A stretch of DNA of 57,432 nt from Prorocentrum cordatum (lineage: Eukaryota): positions 62,001 to 119,432 of the forward strand of contig CAUYUJ010000025.1 in assembly GCA_963575745.1 (NCBI GenBank), in the 5' to 3' direction. The notes under the pieces are model-generated. The model made no database searches. It had not been told where the DNA came from and was given only the letters and a program-made list of their open reading frames with translations. This document shows positions 1 to 13,332 of this stretch, one piece after another. A program made the translations under genes and the position numbers. Position 1 is the stretch's first letter. Every line of letters begins with the position of its first letter.

Positions 1-607
1 CGTCGGTTTCGGTCCCAGGCCGTTTTCACTAAAGGGAGGTTTTTAAAGGGAGGTTTGTCCACCGCCGACTCACGGGTAAACGGAATCGCGGCCCCACCTC
101 ACTTGCTAACATAGGTCATGGCAACGAATGAGCGCGCATTTTTGAAACAAATGATTGGAAAGAAACGATGATTGATTGAAGCGGGAAGCGGATCTACTAA
201 ATTACGCCGCCGAATCAAAACAACACACACACACACACATCACTAAGTAAACGCAGGAACCGGCTTACCAAATTCACAAACGGACTTTCTAAATCCGGGG
301 CCGTTTGTTCTACATCCCAGATCCTATCACCACCATGACCTAAGTGGCTCTGTCACCACCTCGCTTTTCCTCGTCCCCCTCCCCTCCCTTCCCCTCACGC
401 CCAACCCGTTGTACGGTAGGTTCCTGTCGTGCCGACCGGCGGCGACCCCGCCGCCGGCGCTCAGCGTGGAGCGCTGGCGGCGGCCCAGAATCGTTCGATG
501 TGGAACGATTTGGGCGTTCCAGGGACGGCCGATCGTTCAAGGTTGAACGATCCCCGCGGTGTCAGGAACCAGCGCCGGGGTCGACGCGACGCGAACCTGC
601 CGCACCC

Positions 608-749
608 TCGGAGGCGACGATCAGGGCGGATAGCTCAGGGGGGAGCAAGAGATGTATCCAGGGGCGCCTATGATCTATGTTTTCGGCGAGGCTCCCCGAA
701 TACGTGTAATGCCCGCCCCTGGGCTATTCGCCCCTATCGTCGCCCCCGA
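608..749. mobile_element. MITE, TCGG...CCGA termini, 27-bp TIR
   Basis: TIR 23/27; flanks CACCC/GACCC; degenerate second copy at ~12705-12850. Confidence 0.7.
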
Positions 750-888
750 GACCCGTTGCCAAGCGTCAGCATCGTTGAGCCTACCCCTGGTCCCCCCTCC
801 CCGGCGGGGCCTTTGGCAGCCTGTGGCCTCGCCGAGCTGCCCCCGCAGTCGGGGATCGGCCCCGCGAAATCCGAAGGGGCCGGTGCGC

Positions 889-1065
889 TTGAGTCGGGTC
901 TTTCCTTCTACAGGAGCTTCTTTTTTTTCCGTTTTTTTGGTTTCTTGTTTTTTTGATTTCTTAGGTTTATTTCTGTTCAAGCAAATCTCAGTAGTTGTTA
1001 GTATTTGTTGGGCGTTTGGTACATTTCCTCCAGAATCCGCCTGTAGGAGGACACGCCCGACCTGC
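889..1065. mobile_element. MITE family A
   Basis: TIRs present; TSD CGGTGCGC/GGGTACGC (6/8). Confidence 0.7.
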
Positions 1066-1311
1066 GGGTACGCACCCCCACCATGGGGGACACATCGGTC
1101 AGTGGGGCCAAGACCGCGCCGGTGGGGATGGGGATCGGTCCAAAAGTGCCCACAGAGGAGGCACGGCACCACCCCCCAGCCCGACGAGCGAGCGAACGGA
1201 CGAACGAACACGCTGCACGCGTTGGAGCGCGGCCCGACTGAGCGCGGGTGGGAGGGGCCGTGGCCCCGAAGGCTCGGAGGTTGATGCCATCTCTGTCGGA
1301 CGGGGCTAGGA

Positions 1312-1474
1312 TTAAGTCGGGCATGTCCTCCTTCCTACAGGAGGAAAAGTGCAAACTAGTCAAAGAATCGTCGGGGACAAATGTTTCACTGCTTTTGTTT
1401 TGTTTTGAATATGTGTTTGACTATTCTTTATGTTTCGTCCAAAGTCCGCCTGTAGGAGGCCATGCCCGACCTAA
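1312..1474. mobile_element. MITE family A with a ~46-bp flanking duplication
   Basis: TTAAGTCGGGCATG...CATGCCCGACCTAA; 1266-1311 is repeated at 1475-1521. Confidence 0.8.
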
Positions 1475-2944
1475 CCGACGGTTCAGAGGTTGATGCCATC
1501 TCTGTTCGGACGGGGCAAGGACGAGGATCAGTCCGCTGCATCGCGTTCCGGGAGCGCTCTGAGAAGGCCGCGGTGCCGAGTCATTTTCCAGAGCCGCGGG
1601 AGCTCAGAAGTTCTCGATTTATATTCTCACCCGGTGTTATCCTCGTCCTGGCCTCGTCTTGCTTGTAGAATCGATCAATCTTGAGTTTCGTGGGGTCGTT
1701 CCACAGCAGGGCTGGACATAAACGTTGTGCTGCTGGTCTTCGTCTGTGCCTTGCTTTTCGTTTTGGCAGGGAGGAGGTACAGGAAGGCAGGCAGAGCAAG
1801 ACGAACCGCAACACGAAGCCAGACCGAAAAAACACGTTTAGGTACAGCCCTTTTCCACGGGGTTCCTTCGACTCGCAGCCCCCAGCCCGCCTAGCCCCCC
1901 CCGGGCGCCGCCCCGCGGCCGCCAGCACATGGACATCCTCGAGCCGGGCTCAGGCGCCGCGCCGCGCCGGCTCCGCGCTGGGCGGGGGGGGCAGCGGCGG
2001 GCGTCGCGCGTTGAGGCCCCACGGAGGGCCGCGGAGCGGGCCCGCAGGTCAGAGGAGGACAAGGGACCCATACCGCTGACTTCTCTCAAGCAGTGGCGAA
2101 CCGTCCTGGCTCGCTCATAGCCCCACCAAAACATGTTCTAAGAACCTTCTGTGGTTTGCACGAGATGTTCTTAGAACATTTCTGGCTGGGACTGTCTTGT
2201 TTTATATCACATCGGGCTCATGCTCTAAAAACATTGTGTTTGTTCTTAGAACATTTTGTGGTTCGATGGAAATTTCGTGGTAGGCCTACAGGAATGCCGA
2301 GGGACGGTCGGTCCCTGCTCAATTCTCTTAACGGGCGAAGACCGGTATAACATATACATGTTTTCGTTGTCGGGGGCGCTTGTCCCAGGGCAGCGGGAAA
2401 GCGTATACCCTTACGGTGGCACGTCCAGGTATAAACTTACCAGCCGCCCTGGGGCAGCGCCCCTGGTGACGGACAAGTTTATGGTGTACCGTCGTTCTTC
2501 GCCCGCAAATTCTCGCCCTGTTTCCCCTTTTGTTCGGCCTCCGGGGAGGCCCTCGTTGCCACCACCGGATTCGCCTCGCAATTCTGGTCAGAGCGCACCC
2601 TGGGAGAGGTACGGGGCCCGACGGGGAGTGGCGGTATTGGTACCTTCTAGTTTCCCCACCAGGAGTGGCCCCATCACTGGCCTGAAGCGAATTGCTCGCT
2701 TGGATTGCGAAGGACTTACGGCCGGTACCGCCGACCCTGAGAACGACGAAGATGAAAACGAGGGGGGGGGCAGGGGAGGAGGATGAGTGGGAGGTGGAGG
2801 AAGGGTGGAGGAGGTGGATGAGGGAGGAGGAGGGGGGAGAAGGATGTGGAGGAGAAGCAAGAGGAGGAGAAGGAGGCAGAGGAGAGCAAGAGGAGGGGGA
2901 GCAGAGGGGGGGGAGAAGGAGGAGGAGGAGGAAGAGGAGGAGGC

Positions 2945-3845
2945 CAGAGGCTTTCTTGGGACAGCCTGGGGCTCTCTTGAGGCCGTCTTGGGCCGTCCAG
3001 GGCTCCTCCTGCGCCGTCTCGAGGCACTCTTGGAGGCCTCCTGGGCAATTTGGGGCTCTCCTGGGCTGTCTTGGGGCAGTTTTGGGGCCGCTTGGGAGCC
3101 TCTTGGGGCCTCTTGGGGCTTCTTCGGGGCCTCTTGGGGGCCTCTTGGGGCTGAGAGCTCGAAATGTCCGTTCGGGTTCCCCGTCTGGGCACTCTCCTGG
3201 AGCCGTCTTGGGAGCCTCTTGGGCCGTCTTGGAGGCCCTCTTCGGCCGTTCAGGGACCCTTTTGGGGGCCTCTTGGGCCGTCTCGGGGCGATCTTGGGGG
3301 CCTCTTGGGCCGTCTTGGCGCGTCGGTAAGCGGAAGAGGCAAGAACGCCAAAATCTTCAAAACGTATTGGAATTTTGCCTCTTGGGGCTCTCGTGGGAAA
3401 GCTCCTGGAGGCCTCTTGGGGCGCTTTGCAGGCCTCTTGGGCCGTCTGGAGGCCGTCAAGGCGTCTTGGACAGATCGTTCGGCGATTCGGGGTTCTCTTG
3501 GACTGTCTTTGGTGCCTCTTGGGGCACTCTTTGCCTGTCTTGGGGCTTTTTGGGGCTCCGGGACTCCCAGGGGTATCTGACCCCCCCCCTTCCCGGGACC
3601 CCCCCTCCCGGACGGGGGAGGGATCGAAGGGAAGGGGCTTCCCTTCGACCCAAGTACGACGTTGCTTAACGTTGCTTTGGCTGGCGCGCTGATGAGGTCC
3701 CTGGGAAAGGGGGGAGCTTCGACGAGCCCAGGGAAAGGGGGCAGGCAGGGAAAGGGGACGACAGAGACGACGACCATCGAATGACGGAGATGACGACTTG
3801 AACAGACAAGCCCTCACGCACGCCGACAGGGTCGGCGGATTTTGA
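2945..3845 (+). repeat. Dispersed degenerate GGCCTCTTGGG-rich repeat family
   Basis: Also at ~10520-11050, 14420-14760, 37660-37990 and 41970-42785 (+), and at 21745-22380, 23050-24000 and 55620-55830 (-). Confidence 0.8.
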
Positions 3846-5053
3846 AACCACGACGCCATCGGAGGAACGGAAACCGACACCACTACCCCCTGTGTTTCTT
3901 TCCCGGGTCCGCGCCCTCTTCTCCTCTGTTTCTCGTCATCGGAGGCAGGTTTCGACAGGCAATCACAGGGGCATCAGGCTTTCTTTGTGCTGTCGTTGAT
4001 GGAAACATCCAGGCGGGGTAACTTCAGAGAGGAGGTCCACGATGCCTCTCCGAGCTGGGGATAGGGGGTGTCTCGAGCGGGAAGGGGGGGACACACCACC
4101 AGGGCCCCCCCCCCCCCCTGGCTCCTCGCGCTGGTGATGGTGGTGGTGTTTTTCTTTGGTACTACGTCGGAGGTCTGAGACTGGCATTGGTCGAAGCTGT
4201 GGCGGGTCCCTGTTGCAGAAATTCGTGAGGTTGTCCCTTCTGCAGTGGTGCCTGGAGAGTCCCCGTTGGACACCGCATTTTTGCGCGACATGCGGGCATC
4301 CACCCGACACCGACGACGAAATAAACAAACGATGTATCAACGATGTTGCAGCACAGCTCCCCGTGCCAAGTGCTGTATTTAGTTTCTGCAAGCATTCCCC
4401 ACTGAGGAGAAGGAGAAGGAGCAGCAGAATGACGACGAGGAACACGATCGTGAACCAGGATGTGACGAAAGGAAGGAGGGAGGAGGACGAGTAGAGGAGG
4501 AGGAGGAGGAGGAAGAGGAGGAGGAGGAGGAGGAGGAAGAGGATGTGCAGGTAGACGTGTAAGTTCAAGCAGGAGTTAGGAGCGGGAGCAACATATCGAA
4601 GGACGACAAAAAGGATATGCAGGAGTAGGATTCCGAGAGGGTCCGCCAAGTATTTGGTAACATCTCGAGAGCGCGTACGCACACAGTAACAGTAGTTAGT
4701 TCAGCTCTCCACTCTTGCCCCCCCTCTCTCGCCTCCCTCCTGGAGCACTCATCCTATCTTCTCCCTCCCTGCTCCCCCCTCCTGCCCCCCTCGCTCCTCC
4801 CCCATCGAAGTCGGCCCCCAGACCTCTCGTATTGTGCGGTTTGATGAACAGCAAAGTATGATGGAATCCAGCCGTGGCGACGAGAAGTTTGCTGGACGCC
4901 AGAGAAGAGAAGAAAACGTCAAAATGCGTCGATCCTTGACCACTCCCTCCTCGCTGCTTCCCCCTCGCGGCTCCTCCCTGGGGCGGCTGGAGGAACGAGA
5001 AGCCCCCCAGATCCACGAGTTTCGGCATTCCTTTCCACCCTCTTCCCTGTCTC

Positions 5054-5184
5054 CTTGGCATCGCTCGGACGTGTGTATTTTTTCTCGGCGAGAACCATCG
5101 AGGACCATCCTGGACCATCGAGCCAAAAAAAGCACGCACGAAACCGAACAATGCACGGGGAATGGACGTCCGAGCGACGGCAAG
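5054..5184. mobile_element. MITE family D
   Basis: TSD TCTC/TCCC. Confidence 0.8.
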
Positions 5185-5482
5185 TCCCTGGCACTTCTGG
5201 AGCCAGCTGAAGGGACGGCGACGGCGACGCGACTGCGCGGGCGCGGCGGCCCCCCCCCCAGCTGCCAACCTCGCAGGCCGCCTCAACGGCGTGTACTCCG
5301 TGGTCGCATTCCTGAGGATCTTGTATCCGAAGGGCTTCGCCAGCGTCCGCAATTGTCCTCGCGATGAGGGGGCGCCAGGAAGGGGGGGGGGGGTCGTGAG
5401 GGAAAGGGGTCTCGAGTTCTGCTCGCCTGTTTTGACATCCTGTGGCCCCTCCTCAGGTCCACAGGCCCCAGGGCTGCTAGAA

Positions 5483-5644
5483 TTGAGTGGGGCCTGTCCC
5501 GCTACAGGAGGAATATTCAAAAATAATCAAAAATAGTCTGGGAACTATTTCGTGAGTATTTTTAAGCATCTTTTGATGAGCATTTTTGGAGTATTTTTCA
5601 TTTTTCGTCCAAAATCCCCCCGTAGGGGGACACGCCCGACTTAA
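5483..5644. mobile_element. MITE family A (TTRAGTCGGGCATGTCC TIR, AT-rich core), 8-bp TSD
   Basis: Perfect TSD TGCTAGAA. Confidence 0.85.
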
Positions 5645-6514
5645 TGCTAGAACTCGGCTCAGGACGAAAGGGTGGTCCTGTGGGAAGCCCCCCTTGGTCC
5701 AGGACGCGGTTCGCTCAGGGCCCGTTTGTTGCATGCTCACGGGGGGTCGAAGCTCGAGGTTCGAGCATCGAGGTTCGAGGATTGTCTTTGTTGTCGTGGT
5801 GTGTGTGTGTGTGTGTGTCTTGAGAAACTTGTGCTCCGAGGCATATGGAGAGGAGGAAGCGGAGAAGGAGGGGGGAGGGGGAGGGCGAAGGAGGGATGGA
5901 GGAGGAGGAGGAGGAGGAGGAGGAGGAGGAGGAGGAGGAGGAGAAGGAGGAGGAGGAGGAGAGGTAGATGTGCGATGGGAGCAGAAGGGGGGGTGTGGAG
6001 GGGCCGAGGAGAAGGAGGCAGGGATGGGAAGGAGGAGGACGAGAGATGAAAGGAGGAGGAGGAGGAGCAAGAGGAGGAGGAGGAGGAGGAGAGGGGAAGA
6101 ACGAGACCGGGCATCCGGCAGCTTGTCGCTCCGCCCGTCTCGGGCGGCCCGCGGACCTGCTGCTCAACATGCCCCGGCGTGACCAGCTGAGGGCCAAGGA
6201 GCGCGTGCGCGCGGAACCCAGTCGCCGGGCGGGGGGTGGGGCGCGGGCCCGGGTCGCTCGGAGGACGCGCAATGGGGGGGCGATAATTGGGGGGGCAGCG
6301 AGGGGGAGGCCTCCCAATAGCTTTCTGATGCCCCTGGCGCCTTGGTGCTGTTCGCGACGTGAGTCCCCTGGGGGGCTATCGACCCTGCCCCCCCCGCACC
6401 GGCTCCTCGATTCCGAGCCGTGGATTATGTCGATTGGCCCCAGGGTGAAGGGCCCCCCCTGGTTGCCGAGAATGGGCAACAGACTTTTGCCGAGGTCGTG
6501 CGAAGAGCCCAAAA

Positions 6515-6688
6515 CGGTATAGGCATAAACTTTTGGCGCTCCGCGCGGATTTCTTTGGGTCTGCGCTTGGCCCCGCCGGCGGCACCTCCAGCGCCGCCAC
6601 TATCGCGCTCCGCGCGCCAGGGAGGGGGGTCCAGCGCAGATCCAAGAGATCCGCGCGGAGCGCCAAACACATATTTTGATGTTTTATG
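6515..6688. mobile_element. MITE family E (TTTTGGCGCTCCGCGCGGATTTCTT inverted arms)
   Basis: Inverted arms; second copy at 56498-56666. Confidence 0.7.
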
Positions 6689-7083
6689 TTTTTTCTGCTT
6701 CTACAAAAAGGGCAGCAGACTTCGGCCGTGGTCTTGTTCCCGCAGCAACGGCAAAGCAGGTGCTCTCCCGCGCGCGCCCTCACCTGCCCCGTCCAGGCTG
6801 CGCACAGCCGTTCTGGACCTCCTGGAGAGAAAAGCGGCCATCGTCCGTCGAAGTGGAACTACAGTGGGGGCCCATGCCGTGAACCACCCTGCTTGCCTCC
6901 AGGGTGCCCTGGGTTTCTTTGGCTCCGATGGTTTTGCGATGGAAATGCGTAACGCTCCCACACCAAAAAGCCAAGAACGCCCTGGGGTCCCGAGGTTGGG
7001 TTTCTTGTGGTCGGTCCCCTACTGTACAGATCTCGGTCCCTTGGCTGCTGTCCTCACGCAGCGGGGCGAGGCCGGGGCTCGTG

Positions 7084-7243
7084 TTGAGTCGCGCGCGTCC
7101 CTCTGCAGGAGAAGTATCCCCAAATAGTATAAAATAGTCTGGGGACGATGTTTTGAGTATTTTTTGTCGCGCTTTGGTATGTTTTTCAACTATTTCTCAC
7201 TCTTCGTGAACATTCCGCCTGCAGGGAGACATGCCCCACCTGA
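7084..7243. mobile_element. MITE family A
   Basis: Perfect TSD GGCTCGTG. Confidence 0.85.
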
Positions 7244-7361
7244 GGCTCGTGCCCTCCCGGTCGGCAGGCACCGCCCCGTCGCGGGGCACCCGCTCCCCCG
7301 CAGTGCGGCCGCGCGCGCGCCCCGCCGCCCGCGCGGCGCGCCCCTCCCGCCCGCCGCCGAG

Positions 7362-7409
7362 GAGTGCCGGCGCCTGGTGCGGCAGGCCTACGCGGAGCCG
7401 CATCTGCGG
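7362..7409 (+). CDS. Candidate host micro-exon (ECRRLVRQAYAEPHLR)
   Basis: AG acceptor, GC3 bias, GC-rich flanks. Confidence 0.4.
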
Positions 7410-7644
7410 GGGCCCGCGGGCGTTCGGCGCGGCGAGGCGGTACATTCAAAAACCCGAATGAGGACGCGCGACTTTGCTCAGGGTACCCTTGCGTCCTTGC
7501 TCTTCCTTGCTCTTGCGTCCTTGGGGTTTTCGTCGTCCGCCGCCCCAAAAATCCCAACTTCGGCTTCCAAGGGTCTTGCGTCCTTACTGCGCGTCCTGAT
7601 TAGGGTTTTTGATTGTACCTTGGAGATGAGAATAAAAGGGTGGA

Positions 7645-7800
7645 TCGGGGGTGGACAGGCCTCCTGCCCTGACACGTCGATTAGCGAATTGGCCGTCGCC
7701 GGTTCGCGAGAGGGCGTCGCGGCCGTCATTTTTGCCGGTCCAGGTCCGTCGGTTTCGGTCCCAGGCCGTTTTTACTAGAGTGAGGTTTTTCCACCGCCGA
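7645..7800. mobile_element. MITE, TCGGGGGTGGA...TCCACCGCCGA
   Basis: Short TIR; flanks GTGGA/GTGGG; relatives at 1-68 (right half) and 56319-56490. Confidence 0.7.
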
Positions 7801-8964
7801 GTGGGGGTAAGAATAAAAGGGTTTGGAGGTGAGAGTCAAAGGGTTTAGGTTTAGGGTGATAATAACAAGGGCTTGGGTAGCAGCAGCGCGGAGGGCGTGC
7901 GTAGCGACGCCAGTCGACACGCAGAGGGTGTGCGTAGCGACGTTATGCTTGGTGTAATACTGCAGCGGTGGCAGCAGCCCTGGCATCACTGGTGGTACTG
8001 GTAAGTGGCATGAGCACAGTAGCACAACAAGCATAATATCAACTCAGAGGGTGAAAAGGTACCCATGCCTCTACCCCCTCGCCTGTTTTCCCGTTTTTGG
8101 GCCTCCTGGGCCTCCGTCGTCGCCATCGCCGGGTTCGTCTCGAAATCCTGCTCAGAACGCACCCCAGGAGGGGTCTGGGGAGCGCACCCCAGGAGGGGTC
8201 TGGGGAGCAGCGGTATCGGCACCTTTTGGATCCCCCAGTAACCCCTTCAGAGGCCTGGAGGTGCTGGCACCAGCACAATGTCGGCGGTTGCCTCCAGCGA
8301 GGGAAGGGGGTCTTGAGCTTGGCTCTGGTGGTACAGAATCGGGTTTCTTGGGTGGCCGCGGTATCACCACCAGCACCAGGATCCAGGGTGCTTGTTCAGT
8401 ATCCTTTAACCGACCCCCATCCCCATCCTCATCCCCTTCGAGACACCCACCAAATTACCACCCCAGTTGGGGATACACCCCTCGAAGCCCGAAGTGAACG
8501 GGCTATATCACCCTCTAGGGGGGGTAAATCGGCCAGTTGGGCCCAGGCCGCGCCAGTGGGGATGGGGGTCGCACAGTGGAGCCACCCCCCCGTGTTGACG
8601 ATGGTGCCCATCTTCAGGCCTCCACAGGACGGGGGCGAGAGGCTCTCCCTCTGAGTTGCGTGCCGCAGCACTCCGCAGCGCAGGCTCCCGCCCCCAGTAG
8701 AATCTGAACACGGGCGCGGCTTGGGCCCTGGATGCGATGTTCACCCTGTTTCTCAGGCTCCCGCTCCTCCTCCTCCTCCTCCTCCTCCTCCTCCTCCTCC
8801 TCCTCCTCGTCCTCCTCCTCCTCCTCCTCCTCCTCCTCTCCCCCTCCTCCTCCTCCTCCTCCTCCTCTCCCCTCCTCCTCCTCCTCCTCCTCCTCCTCCT
8901 CCTCCCTCCTCCTCCTCCTCCCTCCTCCTCCTCCTCCTCCCCCTCCTCCTCCCACCAGCGTTTA

Positions 8965-9312
<348 letters not shown>

Positions 9313-9623
9313 TTACATCAGGAAAAAAGAGAGAGGAGGAGGACGACAAAATCAATGTAGTTCGTGAGGATGAAGAGAAGGGAACAGTTGGAGGATACAG
9401 TAACATGTTAAAGAGGTCATCATCATAATGATAATGGTTGACTATGGATGTTGATGCTGATTAGGGTGATGGCGCGTATTATGAAAAGGCGTCTGTTGTT
9501 CGCGTGGGTATTTGTGGCAAGGAACAAGGACGCTGTTGATGGTATGTTTTGCTCCCGCCCTGGCTCTCAACCCCAGAGGTCCCCGGATGTCCCCGGAGGT
9601 CTTGTGTTCGTGGTGGTGATGCC

Positions 9624-9661
<38 letters not shown>

Positions 9662-12350
9662 CGATGACGATGATGATGATGATGATGATGACGATGACGA
9701 TGACGATAACGATGACGATGACGATGACGAAGACGATGACGATGATGATGATGGTGATGATGATGATGACGATGATGATGAAGATGGCGACAACGATGAT
9801 GATGCTGAGGATGACGATGATGATGATGATTATGATTATGCTGCTGATGATGATGATGATGATCATGATCATGATGATGATGTGGTCGAAGCTTCTGCTT
9901 ATGATGATGAGAAGGTTTGGGCGATCGTGGCGATGATCTTTTCGACGGAGGTACTGCTAATGACACTCATTGTTACGATTGTGACTCTGAGTGTGGATAC
10001 AATTGTGTTAACGATATGCATGATGATACATACGATGATGACGTGGATGCTGCGGATGGCCGCGTACACGATAAAGATGATTATGAAGAGTTGGATCCGG
10101 ATGTAACTGCTGATTGGAATGGTGTCACATACGATGTTCATGTGTGTGTCGCTGGTGTTGGTACTCATGACAATGATGCTGTTGACGACGACAAATCTGG
10201 AGGGCAATCTGAATGACGAGGGCGATGCTCATGTTGACGGTGATGGACATGATTATGTTGGTGTTTATCGTTTATTGCAATGATATGGCGGAGGTGCCTG
10301 CTCATGCTGGTGGTGATGCGGTTGACGATGCAGGTACTGATGACGCTAATTGTGACGATGTTGAGGACAATGACGATGACGCTTAACACTGTGATTCTGA
10401 TTGTACACCTCATGATGATGCTGATGGCGTGATTGTTGCTGATGGCGACGTTCACGATGATGATGGTCTGGATGCGGATGTTGATGCTGACGGGATGCTG
10501 ACGCTTGTGATGATGGAGCCCCCCTTGGGCTTTCTTGGAAGCCCCTCGGGCCATCTTGGAGCTCCCCTGTGTCGTCTTGGATCCCTGTTGGGAAACTCTT
10601 AGGCCGTCTTGGGGCGATCTTGAGGGCATCTTCGACAGTCCTGGACGTTGTCAAAGCCCAAGAGACAAATATGCTAAACATACCAGTTGTCGTAAGGAGC
10701 TGTGACGATGCTTGCCTCTGGGGGTGCCCCCTTGAGAGTGCTCTTCGTCGCCTCTTGGGTTGTTTTGGAGACGTCTTCAGCCGTCTGGGGGCTATCTTAG
10801 ACTTCTCGGAGCCATCTTTCTGTTAATCGGGGCCCTTTTCGACCGTCACGGTGGTCGCCCTCATGGCCCCTCTTAGAGCCCATATTCATCCTGATGGGCT
10901 TTCGCCCATCCCGCTCAGAGTCCTCAGGGATTCTTCTTCGGGTCTCTTCGGAGTGCTCTCAGGACCCTCTGAAGGCAATTTTGAAAGATCTTGAGAGCCT
11001 CCTGAGGCTTCTTGGGTGCCTCTTCGAAGCCTCTTGGCGCTTCCTGGGGATCCACCGGCTCGAGCAACAGAGGAGGCGCCGGACCCACCGGACTCGCCGG
11101 ACCCACCGGACGCACCGGACCCACTGGACCACCAGACCAACCGGACCCGCGCAGGACTCACCAGACCCACCGGACCTACCGGACCCGCCAGCAGCGCCGG
11201 ATCCGGCCGGACCCAGCAGCCCCCCCCTCAGAGGAGGTAAGGCACTCAGGGCACTCGCGGGGGAGCCAAGATGGCACCTCGCTTCGCAGCGTCACGGGCT
11301 GGGCCAGAGCGGCCGGGGCGCGGGGGCGCGAAAATGCTCGCGCGGCGCGATGCGCGAAGTCAACCAGATGTCCCAGAAACGGCATTACAGCGACATACTA
11401 ATACTATGTGTGCGTCGCCCCCCCCCCCCCCCCCGGGGGGCGGCGACGTGCTCGCCGAGAAGTCTTCTAATATGAGCTCCGTGGCGGGCGCTTTGTGGCC
11501 ATACCGCGTTGGAAACGATCATACTGCAGTACGTTTGTGCTGCATGATCTGCTCGAAACAGCATGCCTCCGAGGAGGGCGTAGTACTGGCATGTCCTTCT
11601 GCGTCCCATGGAAGCGCACCGACCTGGACCTATAACAAAAACGTCGCAACGCATAGACGCGTTGTGTCAGATATCACGGCGCAAGGTTTCAAAGGGTTTT
11701 CGGCCTCTGTGTGGCCTTTTCCAGCCCCGGGACCGTCAACAAAACGCCTGGGGTTGCCGATGCATTCTCCCGTGTTCGCCTCAACACCGTGGTCAGAGCG
11801 TGCCCTGGGAGAGGGAAAGAGGCTAGTAATACATGATCGATGTACTCTTTCCCCCCATCTCCATCGAAGATCGTGGCTCCACACTGAGGATCGAGGATGG
11901 AGGTTGATGTTTTTGTTTTGTGTCGTTGGCGGGCCTTTCCTAGGGGGATCTGCGGGGTCCTCCCGAGGTATCCCGGGGCGCGCCTCTGGAGGCCTCCAGA
12001 GACATCCGCAGGGCCCCCCTCGAAGGCCAGGGCTGCTGCTCGCGGCCTGGCCCTCGGGAGGGAAGAAGGAGGTGCAGGAGGAGAAGGAGGAGGAGGAGGA
12101 GGAGGAGGAGCAGGAGGAGAAGGAGGAGGAGGAGAAGGAGCAGGAGGAGCAGGAGGAGGAGGAGGAGGAGGAGGAGGAGCAGGAGGAGCAGGAGGAGGAG
12201 GAGCAGGAGGAGCAGGAGGAGGAGGAGGAGAACGCGCCGCGGACCTCGCGGGCCCCCGCCCGTGCCTTCCTCGAGCTGCTCGCGATGGCCAACCATCCCC
12301 GCTGTGGCCGGCGCCTGTCCGCGGAGGGCCTCCCCCCCAGGGCGTTGAGC

Positions 12351-12516
12351 TGAAGTCGGGCATGTCCCTCTGCAGAAGGAATATCCCAGAATAGTCAAAC
12401 AATAGTCTGGAGACGATGTTTTGATTGTTCTTGTTGTTGTCGGGTGGTATTTTTTTTGTTGACTATTTTTAATTGTTCGTCCAAGATCCCACTGCAGGAG
12501 GACATGCAGGACCTGG
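12351..12516. mobile_element. MITE family A
   Basis: TSD CGTTGAGC/CGTGGAGC. Confidence 0.8.
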
Positions 12517-13283
12517 CGTGGAGCATCGCTTCCAGGAGGCGAGCGGGAGGAGCAGGCGAGGAGGGCCTCGAGGTGCGAGGCTGTCGGAGGTGCCCGGAGG
12601 CCCTTCCAGCCTCGCAGCCGCGCCTCGCCGAGAGTTTCCCGGGGGGGCACGCATCGTTCCGAACGGCCGCCGGTTGACCCGAGAGTATGACCCGAAAGCC
12701 GGACGGAGGAGGCGACGGCAGGGGCGAAGAGCCCAGGGGGGAGCAATACACGTAACCAGGGGCGCCCACGGTACATGCCTTCGGTGAGCCCCCCAGGCGA
12801 ATACGTGTAACGCCCGCCCCTCGGCTATTCGCCCCTATCGTCGCCCCCGAGTGACGGACGACGGTTTGTTTGCAAGTTTCGTCGTCCATGAGCCCTCTAG
12901 CCCACCAGGACCGTCCATAATGCCTCGGGATGAGGACCCCGTCCCATGGAACAGTTCCAGACTTCCGGGAGTTGGAACTTTTTGTGGCGAGGGCGGGGTA
13001 ATGTGATCGGCCAGCTGCAGCAAACGCGGACTTCTGTCGAGGGGCCACGACAAAAAGATGAGGGAGGTGGAAGAGGTGTTGGAGGAGGAGGAGGAGGAGG
13101 AGGAGAAGAAGCAGGTAGAGGGGACAGGGAAGGTGGGATTCGCGGGGTCCGCTGGAGTAATTAGACCCAGGATGCATCCACGATGCTGCAACGCATCTCT
13201 TCTAGGGGTAAGAGCTCCGCCTCCTCCGCCCCAGTGCCCCGCTCGGGAAGGGGCCTGGCGGACTCGCGCGTCGGGGCGCTGAG

Positions 13284-13332
13284 CTGTAACGTGACCGCCA
13301 AGCTGCTCCGCGTGGTGACCTGCCTGCTGCAG
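13284..13332 (+). CDS. Candidate host micro-exon (CNVTAKLLRVVTCLLQ)
   Basis: AG acceptor, CAG|GC donor, GC3 bias. Confidence 0.45.

Noticed and set aside
2133..2255. TTCnnnGAA as a STAT or heat-shock element
   Set aside because: There is no promoter context; an inverted-repeat element explains it better.
2588..3883. 431-aa and 325-aa ORFs
   Set aside because: They derive from the stop-poor GGCCTCTTGGG repeat and (GGA)n; no domain is recognisable.
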